Below are positions 48,360-58,533 of a DNA stretch of 64,000 nt, piece by piece. Origin of the DNA: Sandaracinaceae bacterium. GTDB taxonomy: Bacteria > Myxococcota_A > Polyangia > Polyangiales > Sandaracinaceae. The stretch is taken from contig JAVJQK010000024.1 in NCBI GenBank assembly GCA_040218145.1, positions 19,616 to 83,615 of the forward strand, read 5' to 3'. Below the pieces are notes generated by a model that saw nothing but the letters and a program-made list of their open reading frames with translations, made no database searches and was not told the origin of the DNA. Both the position numbers and the translations under genes were made by a program. Numbering within the stretch: the stretch's first letter is position 1; every line of letters begins with the position of its first letter.

Positions 48360-51149
48360 TTACAGGCCGGCGCGGCCGCCGCTCCGGTCGACGCCGACGC
48401 CGCGCTCGCCCTCCTCGGGGCCGGTGCGCGCCTGCTGCCAGGTGGCGTCGTTGGCGACCGGCGCGATCTCGGGGCGGGCGTAGGTGTCGACCCCATCCGC
48501 GTCGAGGAAGACGCCGACCGTGCCGTGCATCTGCCGCAGCGGGTCCTCGCCGGGGCGGCTGATGGCGGCGTGGCCGAAGCTGTTGTCGCGCGTGGCGTCG
48601 TAGCGATCCGCGCCCGCGAGGTCGGCGAAGATCCCCGCGCCGCCCTCGTTGCCCGCGCCGTAGCTGATGCCCGGCGCGCGGTAGACGTCGTCGCCGCCCG
48701 CGTCGACGAACCAGGCGATGGAGAAGTCGTGTCCGCCGCCGAGGGCCACGTTGCGTCGCGTGGCGAGCTGGTTGAAGTCGTCGCTCCCGCCGTCCTCGAG
48801 CAGCACGCTGATGGCGTAGTGCGCGTCGCCGCTCTGCACGTACCAGACGCCGTCGTAGTGGTCGTCGCCGCCGCCCTCGAGCAGCATGCCCGCGCCGTAC
48901 CAGAAGCCGGTGGCCTGGGCGAAGACGCCCGCCGTGTAGCGGTCGCGGCCCGCGCGGTCCCGGAGCACGCCGAGCCCGCCGCTCATGAAGACGCCGTCGG
49001 TGAAGTCGGCGCGTCGCCCGAACCCGGCCCCCTGCACGAAGCTCGAGTTGCTCGTGGCGTCCTGGGGTGAGGTGTAGAGCACGTCGTCGACGACGCCGAG
49101 GTACGTGTCGTCGCCGTCGCGATCGTAGAGCAGGCCGACCGCGCGCACGTACGCATAGCCCTGCGCCCCGTGGTACGCGACGTAGGAGTCGTTGCCTCCT
49201 CCGTCGAGCAGCACGCCGACGCCGAAGCTCGCGCCGCCCTGCACGCCGGCCTCGCCTTCGTAGACGTCGTCGCCGCCACGGTCGTACAGCAGCCCCACGC
49301 CCAACGCGCCCCAGCCCTGGCTCAGGCGGAGCGAGCGGTAGCGGTCGCCCTCCGGGCCGAGATCGAGCAGGAGCCCGACGCCGAGGCGGCCCGCGCCTTG
49401 CCGCGAGATCTCGCTGAGCGACTGCGGCGGGTCGGACGCGCGCCCCGCGCCGTCGGAGGGGAGCCGGCGGTGGCCGGGCGGGCCCTCGTCGCTCGGGACG
49501 GCGACCTCCGCGTAGCCGTAGGTGTCGGTCCCGCCCACGTCGATCGCGACGCCGACGCCGTGATCGGCCGAGGCGGTCCCGCCGGCCGCGAAGCGGTAGG
49601 TGTCGTCGCCGCCGAGGTCGAGGAGGAAGAGCGCGCCGTCCCACTCGGCCGCCTCGTAGGTGTCGTCCCCGGCCCCGCGGACGGCGAAGCGACCGGCGGG
49701 GGTCTCCACGGTCAGCGTCGCGTCGGTCCCGACCAGCGTCTCGAGTTGCGCGGCCTCGATCGCCTCGAGCAGCGCCACGGCCGCGCTCGCCATCGCGGCC
49801 ACGTCGACGTCTCCGAGCAACGCGCCTTGCACATCGTCGCGCGTGGCGGCGAGCGGCGTGCCGCGGCGGCCGAGCGCCATGTCTCCCGCGAGGTCGAACC
49901 AGTCCGCGCGCTCGCGCTCGGGCAGCCGCGCGATGGCGGCCTCGCGCGCGAGGATGGCGTGGCGGAGAGCGTCGACCACGGGCACGAGCCGCGTCTCGAG
50001 CGCGTCGGGGAGCGACGCCACCGCGGCCGCGAGCCCAGGGTCCGGCGCGCCGCCCGCGCCGGTGACGAGGGCGCCGAGCGCGGCGGTCAGGTCGGGCGAC
50101 GCGTCCGCGGGGGGCGCCGCGATCGGGAGGTCTGCCCAGCGGCTCGCCTCGCGCAGCGCCCGGCTGGCCGCGTCGTCGCCTCGGGTGGCGTCGTCCAGCG
50201 ACGTGGAGAGCGCGCGGCCCATCGCGAGGGAGGCCGGCCAGTAGCTGTGCGCGCGGTCCGTCCAGCTGAGCCGGAAGCGATCGTGGGAGAGCGCGGGCGG
50301 GAAGGCGTCGAGGAAGCGGTGCGGGAACGACATGCCGCAGCGGTCGCGCTCGATCGCCGCGAGCGCCTCGTCGAGCATCGTCGCCTCGCCCGGCTCGACC
50401 GCGCAGTGGCAGTCCGGGGCGAGGAGCGCGCTCCACGGGTCGGGGCTCGGCAGGTCGGGCACGCAGAGCCCATCGTGCAGGGTCGCGCCGTCGGGGCAGG
50501 CGCCGCCGCTCGGCGAAGAGAGGCAGAGCGCGCGCTCGCCCACGGTGTGACAGGCGCCGCCATCCGGGCACGCGCCGTCCACGCACTCCGTGGCCAGGCC
50601 CGCGTCCACGAGGGCCTGGCAGCGCTCGGGCGGCGAGGCCTCGTCGCGCACGCAGAAGCGCCCGTCCGGGAGATCGCGGCAGCGGCGCATGCCGATCGGG
50701 CAGTCCGCGTCCACGCGGCATTCGGTGGTGCAGTGCGGGCCCAGCCCGTCGGTGTCGACGCATCGGTCGTAGGCGCCCGCGCACGGGCAGTCGCTCGCCG
50801 GCTCGCTCTCGATGCAGGCGCCGCTGGCCGGGCGGCAGCTGACCGGGAACCCCGGCGCCTCCGCCTCGCAGCGGGCGTCGAGACCCAGCCCGGCGCAGTC
50901 GTCGTCGGCCGCGCAGGGGTGCCCGCAGAAGTTGCCGTCGGCCAGGAAGAGGCAGAGGTTGCCGTCGCCGCAGTCGGCGTCACGGCGGCAGGGCGCGCAG
51001 AAGCGCGAGGGTGGTGGCCCTGCGTCGACGCCCGCGTCGGAGCCCGCGTCGGCGCCGCCGTCGAGCGCGCCGTCCGGAGAGCCGGCGTCCGCGGCGACCC
51101 CGCCGTCGCACGCGGTCAGGAGGAGGAGGACGAGGACGGAGCCGCGCAT
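48360..51149 (-). CDS. Secreted lipoprotein: Cys-rich N-terminal module plus ~12 GGDDxY repeats (probable beta-helix)
   Basis: Lipobox LLTAC. Repeated GG(D/T)D(T/V)Y spaced about 20-25 aa apart. Ends 16 nt upstream of fpg. Confidence 0.65.
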   Translation of the reverse strand: MRGSVLVLLLLTACDGGVAADAGSPDGALDGGADAGSDAGVDAGPPPSRFCAPCRRDADCGDGNLCLFLADGNFCGHPCAADDDCAGLGLDARCEAEAPGFPVSCRPASGACIESEPASDCPCAGAYDRCVDTDGLGPHCTTECRVDADCPIGMRRCRDLPDGRFCVRDEASPPERCQALVDAGLATECVDGACPDGGACHTVGERALCLSSPSGGACPDGATLHDGLCVPDLPSPDPWSALLAPDCHCAVEPGEATMLDEALAAIERDRCGMSFPHRFLDAFPPALSHDRFRLSWTDRAHSYWPASLAMGRALSTSLDDATRGDDAASRALREASRWADLPIAAPPADASPDLTAALGALVTGAGGAPDPGLAAAVASLPDALETRLVPVVDALRHAILAREAAIARLPERERADWFDLAGDMALGRRGTPLAATRDDVQGALLGDVDVAAMASAAVALLEAIEAAQLETLVGTDATLTVETPAGRFAVRGAGDDTYEAAEWDGALFLLDLGGDDTYRFAAGGTASADHGVGVAIDVGGTDTYGYAEVAVPSDEGPPGHRRLPSDGAGRASDPPQSLSEISRQGAGRLGVGLLLDLGPEGDRYRSLRLSQGWGALGVGLLYDRGGDDVYEGEAGVQGGASFGVGVLLDGGGNDSYVAYHGAQGYAYVRAVGLLYDRDGDDTYLGVVDDVLYTSPQDATSNSSFVQGAGFGRRADFTDGVFMSGGLGVLRDRAGRDRYTAGVFAQATGFWYGAGMLLEGGGDDHYDGVWYVQSGDAHYAISVLLEDGGSDDFNQLATRRNVALGGGHDFSIAWFVDAGGDDVYRAPGISYGAGNEGGAGIFADLAGADRYDATRDNSFGHAAISRPGEDPLRQMHGTVGVFLDADGVDTYARPEIAPVANDATWQQARTGPEEGERGVGVDRSGGRAGL

Positions 51150-51234
51150 GGCCCGAGCATAGAGCACATCGCGAACCTACGGACGGCTGGCGCTCGGGCG
51201 TTGCGTGAGCCGGCGCCGCGTCCACATATGCGCC

Positions 51235-51510
51235 ATGACAGTCAAGAGCGCCGCCAAAGAGCAAGTCCGCACCATGCGGGAGGACCTCCAGCAGCTGCGG
51301 GATCGCATCCGCGTGAAGCTCCACCTCGCCAGCATGGAGCTGCGCGACCGCTTCGAGTCCGTCGAGCCCGACGTCCGCGAGTTCGAGCACCGCGCGGAGA
51401 AGGTCACCGAGGAGGTCGGCGCGGAGCTCGAGGAGGGCTGGCAGCACCTCAAGAAGGCGCTGACCGCCATCGACGACGAGCTCCGCGGCGAGAAGAAGAA
51501 GCCGAACTGA
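51235..51510 (+). CDS. Small charged coiled-coil protein (hypothetical)
   Basis: ORF only. Divergent from the 48360-51149 gene. Confidence 0.35.
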   Translation: MTVKSAAKEQVRTMREDLQQLRDRIRVKLHLASMELRDRFESVEPDVREFEHRAEKVTEEVGAELEEGWQHLKKALTAIDDELRGEKKKPN

Positions 51511-51532
51511 TCGCGAGCGCTACTCGTTCGGC

Positions 51533-53728
51533 CTACTCGTTCGGGGGCGGGATCCGCGGCGGGACGAGGAAGAACACGATGCGATCGTCGAGCGGCGTGA
51601 AGCCGTCGCCGAGCACGTCGATCCGCGCGCGGAAGAGCTGCGGGTCGAGCGTGGGCATCACCGTGGTGTTCATCCGCGGCACGATGTCGAAGCAGACCGG
51701 GTTGCCGGGTACGACGTTCTGGAACGTGTCCGGGTAGCTGTCCGCGTCGATGCCGGGCGCGTCGATCGTGGTCCAGCCCGTGGTGCAGCTCAGGCCCGCG
51801 GCCGCGGTGGAGCGCGTCTCGAGGCGATCGAGGAACGCCACCACCGCGTCGACCGTCTCGCCCGGATCGGCGATGTCGGTCGCGCGCGCGGAGACGTCGA
51901 GGGGGACCTGCGCCGCCTGGTAGATGGCGTCGACCGCCGCGGTGCCGAGCCCGCTCCCCGTCGACGAGATGCCGATGACGAAGGGGTTCGGGCTCCCGCT
52001 CGCGTCGAGCGTGCTCGTCTGCCGCGCGAACTCGCGCAGCATGTCGCGGGCGTCGGTGCCGCCGCTGTTGACGCCGACCACCCGGGCGCCGATGCCGTTG
52101 AGCGCGCTCATCGCCGCGGCGTAGCTCGGGGGGGTGGGCGAGATGCCGCTGTAGGTGGTCCCCGGGTAGTTGTGGCTGATGGCGTCGGTGATGACGACGA
52201 TGACCGGCACCGCGTCCGGCCGGAAGCACGCGCCAGCCCGGTGACCCGCCGCGCAGCTCGGGTAGCTCGGCCCGTACCAGAGCGCCCCGCGGCTCGCGAG
52301 GCCCCAGAGCGCCGGGATGTGGCTCTCCGGGTAGTCGACGCCGTAGTGCGTGACGAGCCCGTTGACCGCGGTCTGCGCCGCGGTGGTGGAGCTGGTCATC
52401 TGCTGGCGCAGGTAGAGCGGTCGATCCCCGTCGCCGAGCGACCCGTAGCCGCCCGTCGGGTAGTCGTCGAAGCCGCCGACGCCGAACCACGCCTGCGGGA
52501 TGCGCGAGCGCACCATCGGGATGATGGTCGACGAGAGGCTGCTCCTGAGGTTGGCGATCTCCCCGCCCATCGAGCCGGTGGTGTCGACGAGGAAGTAGAC
52601 GTCCGCCTTCTGGAGGTCGGTGCGGAACTCGAGCGTGTCCCGCGTCGGGTCGGGCGGCATCATGTAGGGCACGACGAAGACGAAGTCGCCGCGTGTGCGG
52701 GGGCTGTCGCTGGCGTCGAGCGGGTCGGTGCCCGCGCCGACCTCGATCAGATCGCTGACTCCGTCGCCGTCCGTATCGGCCCGGATGGGGCTCGTCCCCG
52801 CCGCCCGCTCGGCCGCGTCGCTCAGGCCGTCCGCGTCCGAGTCGGTGTCGCGGAAGTCGAAGATGCCGTCCATGTCGGTGTCGACGGGCGGCGTGGCGAG
52901 GTCGGTGTCGCCCGCCTCCATCGCGTCGGTGAAGCCGTCGCCGTCGGTGTCGAGGTCGTAGCGGTCCGGGACGCCGTCCCCGTCGGTGTCCTCGAGCGCC
53001 TCGATCAGGTCGGCGATGGTGTCGCCGTCGGAGTCGGGCGAGTTGTAGTCGGCCGTGCCGTCCATGTCGGTGTCGCGCGGCGCGGAGGGGTCGCCCCCGA
53101 TCTCGAGCACGTCGTCGAGGCCGTCGCCGTCGTTGTCGCCGTCACGGAACGCGGGGCGTCCGTCGCCGTCACGGTCCGAGGTGCCCTCGACGCGATCGGG
53201 CACGCCGTTGCCGTCGCTGTCGTCATCGCGGAAGTCCGGGACTCCGTCGAAGTCGGAGTCGACGGGCGAGGTGATCGGGTCCGCGTCGCCCGCCTCGTCG
53301 CGATCGAGGATGCCGTCGTTGTCGCTGTCGGGGTCGAGGTAGTCGGGCGCGCCGTCGCCGTCCGTGTCGGTCGACATGCCGCCGCTGCGGCCCTCGTGGA
53401 AGTCGCTGATGCCGTCCATGTCGGTGTCGCCGAACGGATCGAAGCCCGCGTCCATGGGCGGCATCCCGGCGTCGTACATCACGCCGGAGTCGGGCATCGG
53501 CATCGGGCCGCTGTCGGGGGGCGCGCCTCCGTCGTCACCGCCTCCGCCGCCGTCGGTCGTGCCGCCGCCCGCGTCGCTCGGCTCGACGCAGAGCCCGTCG
53601 ATGCAGCGCCCGCTCTCGCAGTCGTCGCTGCTCGCGCAGGTGTCTCCCGTGGTCCCGCCCGGGTCTGCCGCGCAGCCGGCCCCCAGCAGGATCAGCGCCC
53701 CAATCCAAAGCAAGCCGTGACGTGTCAT
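51533..53728 (-). CDS. Secreted lipoprotein with thrombospondin type-3 Ca-binding repeats and C-terminal VWA-like domain
   Basis: Lipobox LGAGC. Many DxDxDGxxDxxD repeats. MIDAS-like FLVDTTGSMGG. Confidence 0.7.
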   Translation of the reverse strand: MTRHGLLWIGALILLGAGCAADPGGTTGDTCASSDDCESGRCIDGLCVEPSDAGGGTTDGGGGGDDGGAPPDSGPMPMPDSGVMYDAGMPPMDAGFDPFGDTDMDGISDFHEGRSGGMSTDTDGDGAPDYLDPDSDNDGILDRDEAGDADPITSPVDSDFDGVPDFRDDDSDGNGVPDRVEGTSDRDGDGRPAFRDGDNDGDGLDDVLEIGGDPSAPRDTDMDGTADYNSPDSDGDTIADLIEALEDTDGDGVPDRYDLDTDGDGFTDAMEAGDTDLATPPVDTDMDGIFDFRDTDSDADGLSDAAERAAGTSPIRADTDGDGVSDLIEVGAGTDPLDASDSPRTRGDFVFVVPYMMPPDPTRDTLEFRTDLQKADVYFLVDTTGSMGGEIANLRSSLSSTIIPMVRSRIPQAWFGVGGFDDYPTGGYGSLGDGDRPLYLRQQMTSSTTAAQTAVNGLVTHYGVDYPESHIPALWGLASRGALWYGPSYPSCAAGHRAGACFRPDAVPVIVVITDAISHNYPGTTYSGISPTPPSYAAAMSALNGIGARVVGVNSGGTDARDMLREFARQTSTLDASGSPNPFVIGISSTGSGLGTAAVDAIYQAAQVPLDVSARATDIADPGETVDAVVAFLDRLETRSTAAAGLSCTTGWTTIDAPGIDADSYPDTFQNVVPGNPVCFDIVPRMNTTVMPTLDPQLFRARIDVLGDGFTPLDDRIVFFLVPPRIPPPNE

Positions 53729-53796
53729 CCCTCTACCTCCGTCGAACCTGGACGATCACGGTATCACCGGACGGGCTCGTAGAGGAGAGCGGGCCG

Positions 53797-55137
53797 TCAG
53801 GGGAGGCGCAGATCGAGCATCAGATAGAAGAACTGGCTGAGCTCGTCGTGCCCGAGGTTCTCGGCCGCGGGCCCGGGCAGGAAGACCGAGTAGCCGCCCT
53901 GGACAGAGATGGCGGGGCTGGGGCGCCAGTTGGCGACCAGGTCGAGCTCGAGGCCGAGCAGGTGCTCGCCGTTCGCCGCGCTCTGGCCGAGGAGCCGGCC
54001 GTTCTGGCCGCGCCACGGGCCCTGCGACTCGGGCAGCGCGAAGCCGTGCGCGTCGAGCCAGACGGCGAGCTTCGTGCCCTGGGGGGCGACGCGGACGCGC
54101 AGGAACGCGCTGCCCATGTTCGCGAGGGACGCGTAGTCGATGATGCCGTAGCGCGCGTGGTTGGCGGGAAAGAGGTTGTCGAAGAGGTCGACGTCGTCGC
54201 CCGGCCCCGTGCCGAAGGAGCCGCCGCCGCGCAGCTCGAAGCGGAGCGCGCCGGCGAAGCGGTAGCCGGCCCAGCCCGCGCCCGCGAAGGCGAGGTGGAT
54301 GTCGCCCGCCTCGACCTTCTCGCCGATCTGCGCCATCGCCTCGACGTCGTAGAAGAAGCCGCCGTGGACGCCGTGCGCGCGGATGGCGCCCGTGCCCAGG
54401 TGAGGGTCGACCGCGCCGACCCCGGCGAGGCCCCCGAGCCCCCCGAGCCCGGCTCCGGCGTAGCCGTCGTAGCGGTAGAGCACGGTCGGCTCGAGCACGA
54501 GGGCCGGGGACACCACGGCCTGGGCGCGCAGGCCGAAGAGCAGCCGTCCCGGGTGCTCCTGAGGCGGGAGGGACGAGGACACGAACGTGGGCTGGTTCAA
54601 CAACCAGGCGCCGAAGGCGTCGAAGCTCAGGCCGCCCAGATCGACCCGGCCGCGCACCGCGTCGAACGAGATGCCCGCGCCCCAGGGCGCCGCGCCGATC
54701 AGACGCTGATGACCCCATCGGATCTCCTGCCGCCCGACGCGGAGCCAGCCCTCGTCGAACGCGACCTCGCCGAACGCCTGGAAGAGATCGGTCGAGGAGG
54801 CGAGCTCTCCGGTCTCGCCGAAGCGGCGCGCGTCTCGCAGCACGAGCACCGCGCGGAACATGCGCCAGCGCGCGTCGGCCCCCGCCCAGACCCGGTGCTC
54901 GACCCGGAAGCGATCGAAGTCGTCGACGACGGGCTCGTCGAGGCCGAGCTGGTACTCGTAGTTGCTCAGCCGGACCTCGCCGCGCTCCCGCACCCGCAGG
55001 ATCGGCGAGAGCCAGAGCTCGCCTTCGCGGATCACGTTTTGCTCCGTGCGCGTCCCGCGCTCCGGCGTCTGGGCGTGCGCGGCGCTGGCGGTGCAGAGGG
55101 CGAGGAGCAGCGTGGCGAGGCGCATGCCGCCGACCAT
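53797..55137 (-). CDS. Putative outer-membrane beta-barrel protein (family uncertain)
   Basis: Signal peptide LLLALCTASAAHAQ. Alternating beta-strand pattern. Lies upstream of the TSP3/VWA gene. Confidence 0.5.
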   Translation of the reverse strand: MVGGMRLATLLLALCTASAAHAQTPERGTRTEQNVIREGELWLSPILRVRERGEVRLSNYEYQLGLDEPVVDDFDRFRVEHRVWAGADARWRMFRAVLVLRDARRFGETGELASSTDLFQAFGEVAFDEGWLRVGRQEIRWGHQRLIGAAPWGAGISFDAVRGRVDLGGLSFDAFGAWLLNQPTFVSSSLPPQEHPGRLLFGLRAQAVVSPALVLEPTVLYRYDGYAGAGLGGLGGLAGVGAVDPHLGTGAIRAHGVHGGFFYDVEAMAQIGEKVEAGDIHLAFAGAGWAGYRFAGALRFELRGGGSFGTGPGDDVDLFDNLFPANHARYGIIDYASLANMGSAFLRVRVAPQGTKLAVWLDAHGFALPESQGPWRGQNGRLLGQSAANGEHLLGLELDLVANWRPSPAISVQGGYSVFLPGPAAENLGHDELSQFFYLMLDLRLP

Positions 55138-55201
55138 AGCTCGGGGGATGGCCGCTTTGGCAACTCGCCGCGCGTCTCCTACGCTGTGAGGGGGAGGGCA
55201 G

Positions 55202-55744
55202 ATGTTCGAGATCGACAACCCGTGTGAGGAGCGCTGGGAGGCGATGGCGCCGCGGGGCGAGGGCCGCTTCTGCGCCCGCTGTGAGCGGGTGGTGGTGGAT
55301 CTGTCGCGGCTGACCCGCGCGCAGGCGGAGGCGCGCGTGAAGCGGCGCGCGGGGCGGACCTGCCTGGCCGTGCGTCGCGACGTGGACACCCACGCGCCGG
55401 TCTTCCGGCCCGAGCCCTCCGTCGCGCCGCGCTGGGCGGGCGGACTCGTCCTGGCGGCCGCGCTGACGGGCGGCGGCTGCGCGGGCAGCTCGAGCGCCGC
55501 GACCGAGGCGCCGCAGATTGTCGCCGAGCGCGAGCCGGCCGATCCGGGCCCTCCCATGCAGCCCATCGAGGCCGACCGCCGCGTGGCCCAGCTGGAGCCG
55601 GCGCTGCTCACCCGGGCGATCCCCGCAGACGAGCTCGATCTGGGCCCCGACTCCGCCACGCCGACCGCCGCGCAGCGCGCGCTGACCGAGCGCAAGCACC
55701 CGCCGCCGCAGGTCGTGCACACCTACCTCATGATGGGGTTCTGA
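55202..55744 (+). CDS. Hypothetical protein with N-terminal Cys4 (zinc-ribbon-like) motif and a TM segment
   Basis: CEERW...C..C pattern. Hydrophobic stretch. Confidence 0.4.
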   Translation: MFEIDNPCEERWEAMAPRGEGRFCARCERVVVDLSRLTRAQAEARVKRRAGRTCLAVRRDVDTHAPVFRPEPSVAPRWAGGLVLAAALTGGGCAGSSSAATEAPQIVAEREPADPGPPMQPIEADRRVAQLEPALLTRAIPADELDLGPDSATPTAAQRALTERKHPPPQVVHTYLMMGF

Positions 55745-57566
55745 CGCCGGCCTCCAGGTAGCTCTTCGCCTGGAGGTTCCACATGCGGGCGTAGAGGCCG
55801 CCCTCGGCGAGCAGCTCCGCGTGCGTGCCGGTCTCCACCACCCGGCCGTCGTCGAGCACGACGATGCGATCCGCCATCGGCACCGAGCTGAAGCGGTGCG
55901 TGATCAGGATCGCGGTGGCGTCCTTCTTCAGCTCCGCGAAGCGCTCGAAGATCTCGTGCTCGCCCTCGGCGTCGAGGGCCGCGGTCGGCTCGTCGAGCAC
56001 GAGGATCTTGCTCTTGCGCATGAAGGCGCGGGCGAGCGCGAGGCGCTGCCATTGCCCGACCGACAGCTCCTCGCCGCCGAACCAGCGCCCGAGCATCGCG
56101 TCGTATCCGTCGGGCAGGCCCTCGATGGTCGCGTCCGCGCCCGCCATCTCGGCCGCCTCTTTGGCGCGCGCCCGGTCGTCGATCTCCGGCATCCACCCGA
56201 GCCCGACGTTCTCCTGGACGGTGAAGTGGTAGTGCACGAAGTCCTGGAAGAGCACGCCGATGCGCGCCCGCAGCTCGCCCGGATCGAGCGAGGCGATGTC
56301 CTCACCGTCGATGAGCACGCGCCCGCGGGTGGGAGGGTAGAGCCCGACCAGGAGCTTGATGAGGCTCGTCTTGCCCGCGCCGTTGGGGCCGACGAGCGCG
56401 ATGGTCTCGCCCGCGCGGATCTCGAGGTCGATCGCGCTCAGCGCCGTGCGGTCCGAGCCCGGGTAGCGGAACTCCACGTCCTCGAACGTGATCGACGGAC
56501 CGGACGCGTCGAGCTTCGCCTCCGCCGGCGCCACACGCGCCACGTCGTCGCTCTCCACCGCGAGCAGCTCGAAGAGGTTCTCCATGTAGAGGTTGTCCTC
56601 GTAGGCGCGCGCGAGGCTCAGCATCGCCCCCTGGAAGTCGCGCTGCCCCTGCCGGAAGACGGTCAGGTAGAGCGTCATGGATCCCAGCGTGATCACGCCC
56701 GCCGCGGTCTGCCCGACGATGACGACGTAGATGCCGTAGAAGACCAGCACGCTCAGCGCCCCGAACACGGTCACCGCCGCGCCGCGCTTGCGGGCGAACT
56801 CGCGATCCTCCTCGTAGAAGCGCTCGAAGAGCGCGCGGTGCTTGCCGAGCAGCCAGCTGCCGAGCGCGAAGAGCTTGATCTCCTTCACGTGGTAGTCGGC
56901 GGTCAGCAGCTGCTGCAGGTAGTACGCGCGCCGCTCGTCCTGGGTGCGCCGCACGCGCATCGCGTACTGCCCGGCCGCGAAGCGCGTGTCGGCGAGGAAC
57001 GGCAGGCTCGCGAGCAGGAGCGCGAGCACCGCCCAGACCGAGAACGAGAGCAGCAGCGCGCAGTAGCCGGTCAGGGTCAGCACGCTCCGGCCGAGGGAGA
57101 GCCCCTGGGTGATCATCTCGAGCGGACGCCACGAGCTCTCCTTGCGAGCGCGCTCGACCACGTCCATCAGCTTCGGGTCCTCGAAGTGCTTCAGGCTCAA
57201 CGACAGCGTCTTCTCGAAGATGAACGCGTCGACGTGGAGCGCGAGCCGCGTGCGGAGGAGCTGGGAGGCGTAGCCGAGGTACTGCCCCGACGTGTGGGTC
57301 AGCAGGATCAGGCCGAGCTCCACCGCGACCCAGGTCAGCGCGTCCTCGGTCGGGTGGCCCGGGGCGTCGATCGCCGCGACGACCGAGTCGACGATCTGCT
57401 TGCCGACCCAGGCGATGGCGACCGGGAGCACGGCGTTGACGATCGACGCCGCGACGTAGCGCCCCGTCAGGCCGGGCTCGACCTTCCAGGCGATGCCGAT
57501 CGCGCGCCGCACGTTCCGCCACAGGAGGCGGATCTGGCGCGCGGTGCTTCTCGGCGGCTCGGCCAC
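55728..57566 (-). CDS. ABC transporter, fused permease/ATP-binding (exporter type)
   Basis: Walker A GPNGAGKTS. Signature LSVGQWQRLALARA. Walker B ILVLDEPTAALD. Confidence 0.88.
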   Translation of the reverse strand: MAEPPRSTARQIRLLWRNVRRAIGIAWKVEPGLTGRYVAASIVNAVLPVAIAWVGKQIVDSVVAAIDAPGHPTEDALTWVAVELGLILLTHTSGQYLGYASQLLRTRLALHVDAFIFEKTLSLSLKHFEDPKLMDVVERARKESSWRPLEMITQGLSLGRSVLTLTGYCALLLSFSVWAVLALLLASLPFLADTRFAAGQYAMRVRRTQDERRAYYLQQLLTADYHVKEIKLFALGSWLLGKHRALFERFYEEDREFARKRGAAVTVFGALSVLVFYGIYVVIVGQTAAGVITLGSMTLYLTVFRQGQRDFQGAMLSLARAYEDNLYMENLFELLAVESDDVARVAPAEAKLDASGPSITFEDVEFRYPGSDRTALSAIDLEIRAGETIALVGPNGAGKTSLIKLLVGLYPPTRGRVLIDGEDIASLDPGELRARIGVLFQDFVHYHFTVQENVGLGWMPEIDDRARAKEAAEMAGADATIEGLPDGYDAMLGRWFGGEELSVGQWQRLALARAFMRKSKILVLDEPTAALDAEGEHEIFERFAELKKDATAILITHRFSSVPMADRIVVLDDGRVVETGTHAELLAEGGLYARMWNLQAKSYLEAGVRTPS

Positions 57567-57606
57567 GCGCCTCGATTACCACGAAGCGTGTATCCTCGCG
57601 CGGCGC

Positions 57607-58533
57607 ATGACCGACCGGCCCGTCTTCGGGGTGAACCTGCCCTGGCTCTTCGGCTCGTATGGCCACGATCTCGCGATCAACGAGCACTACGCGGACTGGG
57701 GCTACGCCTGGGACGAGGCGGAGGCCGCGCGCGCCCTCGCCGAGGTGAAGGAGCTCGGCTTCGACGCGGTCCGGATCTGGCTCTGCGAGAACGGCGAGGG
57801 CGTGGTCACCGAAGGCGGGGCCGTGCGCGGCGTGCACCCCGCGCTCCTGACGAACCTCGCCCGGCTCCAGGAGATGCTCGCGGCGGAGGGCCTCATCGCC
57901 TACTGGACCTTGCTCGACGGCAACAGCTGGAAGCGGGAGGGCGACGCGCTCAGCCACGCGATCCTGACCGACCCCGCGCAGACGGCGCGCTTCGCCGAGC
58001 GGGTGGCGGCGCCGATCTCCGAGGCGCTCGACCCCGCGCTCACCTTCGCGCTCGAGGTCGTCAACGAGCCCGAGGTCATGACCCCCGAGTGCACCGAGGC
58101 GCCGACCGCGAGCTGGGAGACCCTCGCGCGCGGGATCGCCACCGTCGGCGACGCCTTCCGCGGGCGCCACCGCGTCACGGCTGGGACAATGCACGTCTTC
58201 TTGCCGAGTCTGTGGGCCGCCGAGCCCCGCGTCGACGCGATCGACGTGCACCTCTATCACCCGCAGGGCGGCCTCCCGCCCCGCTCGCACCTCGCGCGCT
58301 ACTGCGAGGACCCGGCCGTCGCCGACGCGTTCCTGGTCGCGGGCGAGTGCGGGCTGCCCGACGAGGTCGGAGGTCGCGCGCTGCTCAGCTACCTCGAGAA
58401 CGCCGTCACCGAGCGCTACGACGGGGTCTTCCTCTGGCGGCTCGAGCACGTGCTGGTGACCCAGGACGACACCCGCGCCATCACCGAGACGGGCCACGAG
58501 GTCCGCGCCGTGCTCGAGCGACTGAAGGGCTGA
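57607..58533 (+). CDS. Glycoside hydrolase family 5-like
   Basis: GFDAVRIWL and the catalytic EVVNEPE block. Start codon uncertain. Confidence 0.65.
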   Translation: MTDRPVFGVNLPWLFGSYGHDLAINEHYADWGYAWDEAEAARALAEVKELGFDAVRIWLCENGEGVVTEGGAVRGVHPALLTNLARLQEMLAAEGLIAYWTLLDGNSWKREGDALSHAILTDPAQTARFAERVAAPISEALDPALTFALEVVNEPEVMTPECTEAPTASWETLARGIATVGDAFRGRHRVTAGTMHVFLPSLWAAEPRVDAIDVHLYHPQGGLPPRSHLARYCEDPAVADAFLVAGECGLPDEVGGRALLSYLENAVTERYDGVFLWRLEHVLVTQDDTRAITETGHEVRAVLERLKG

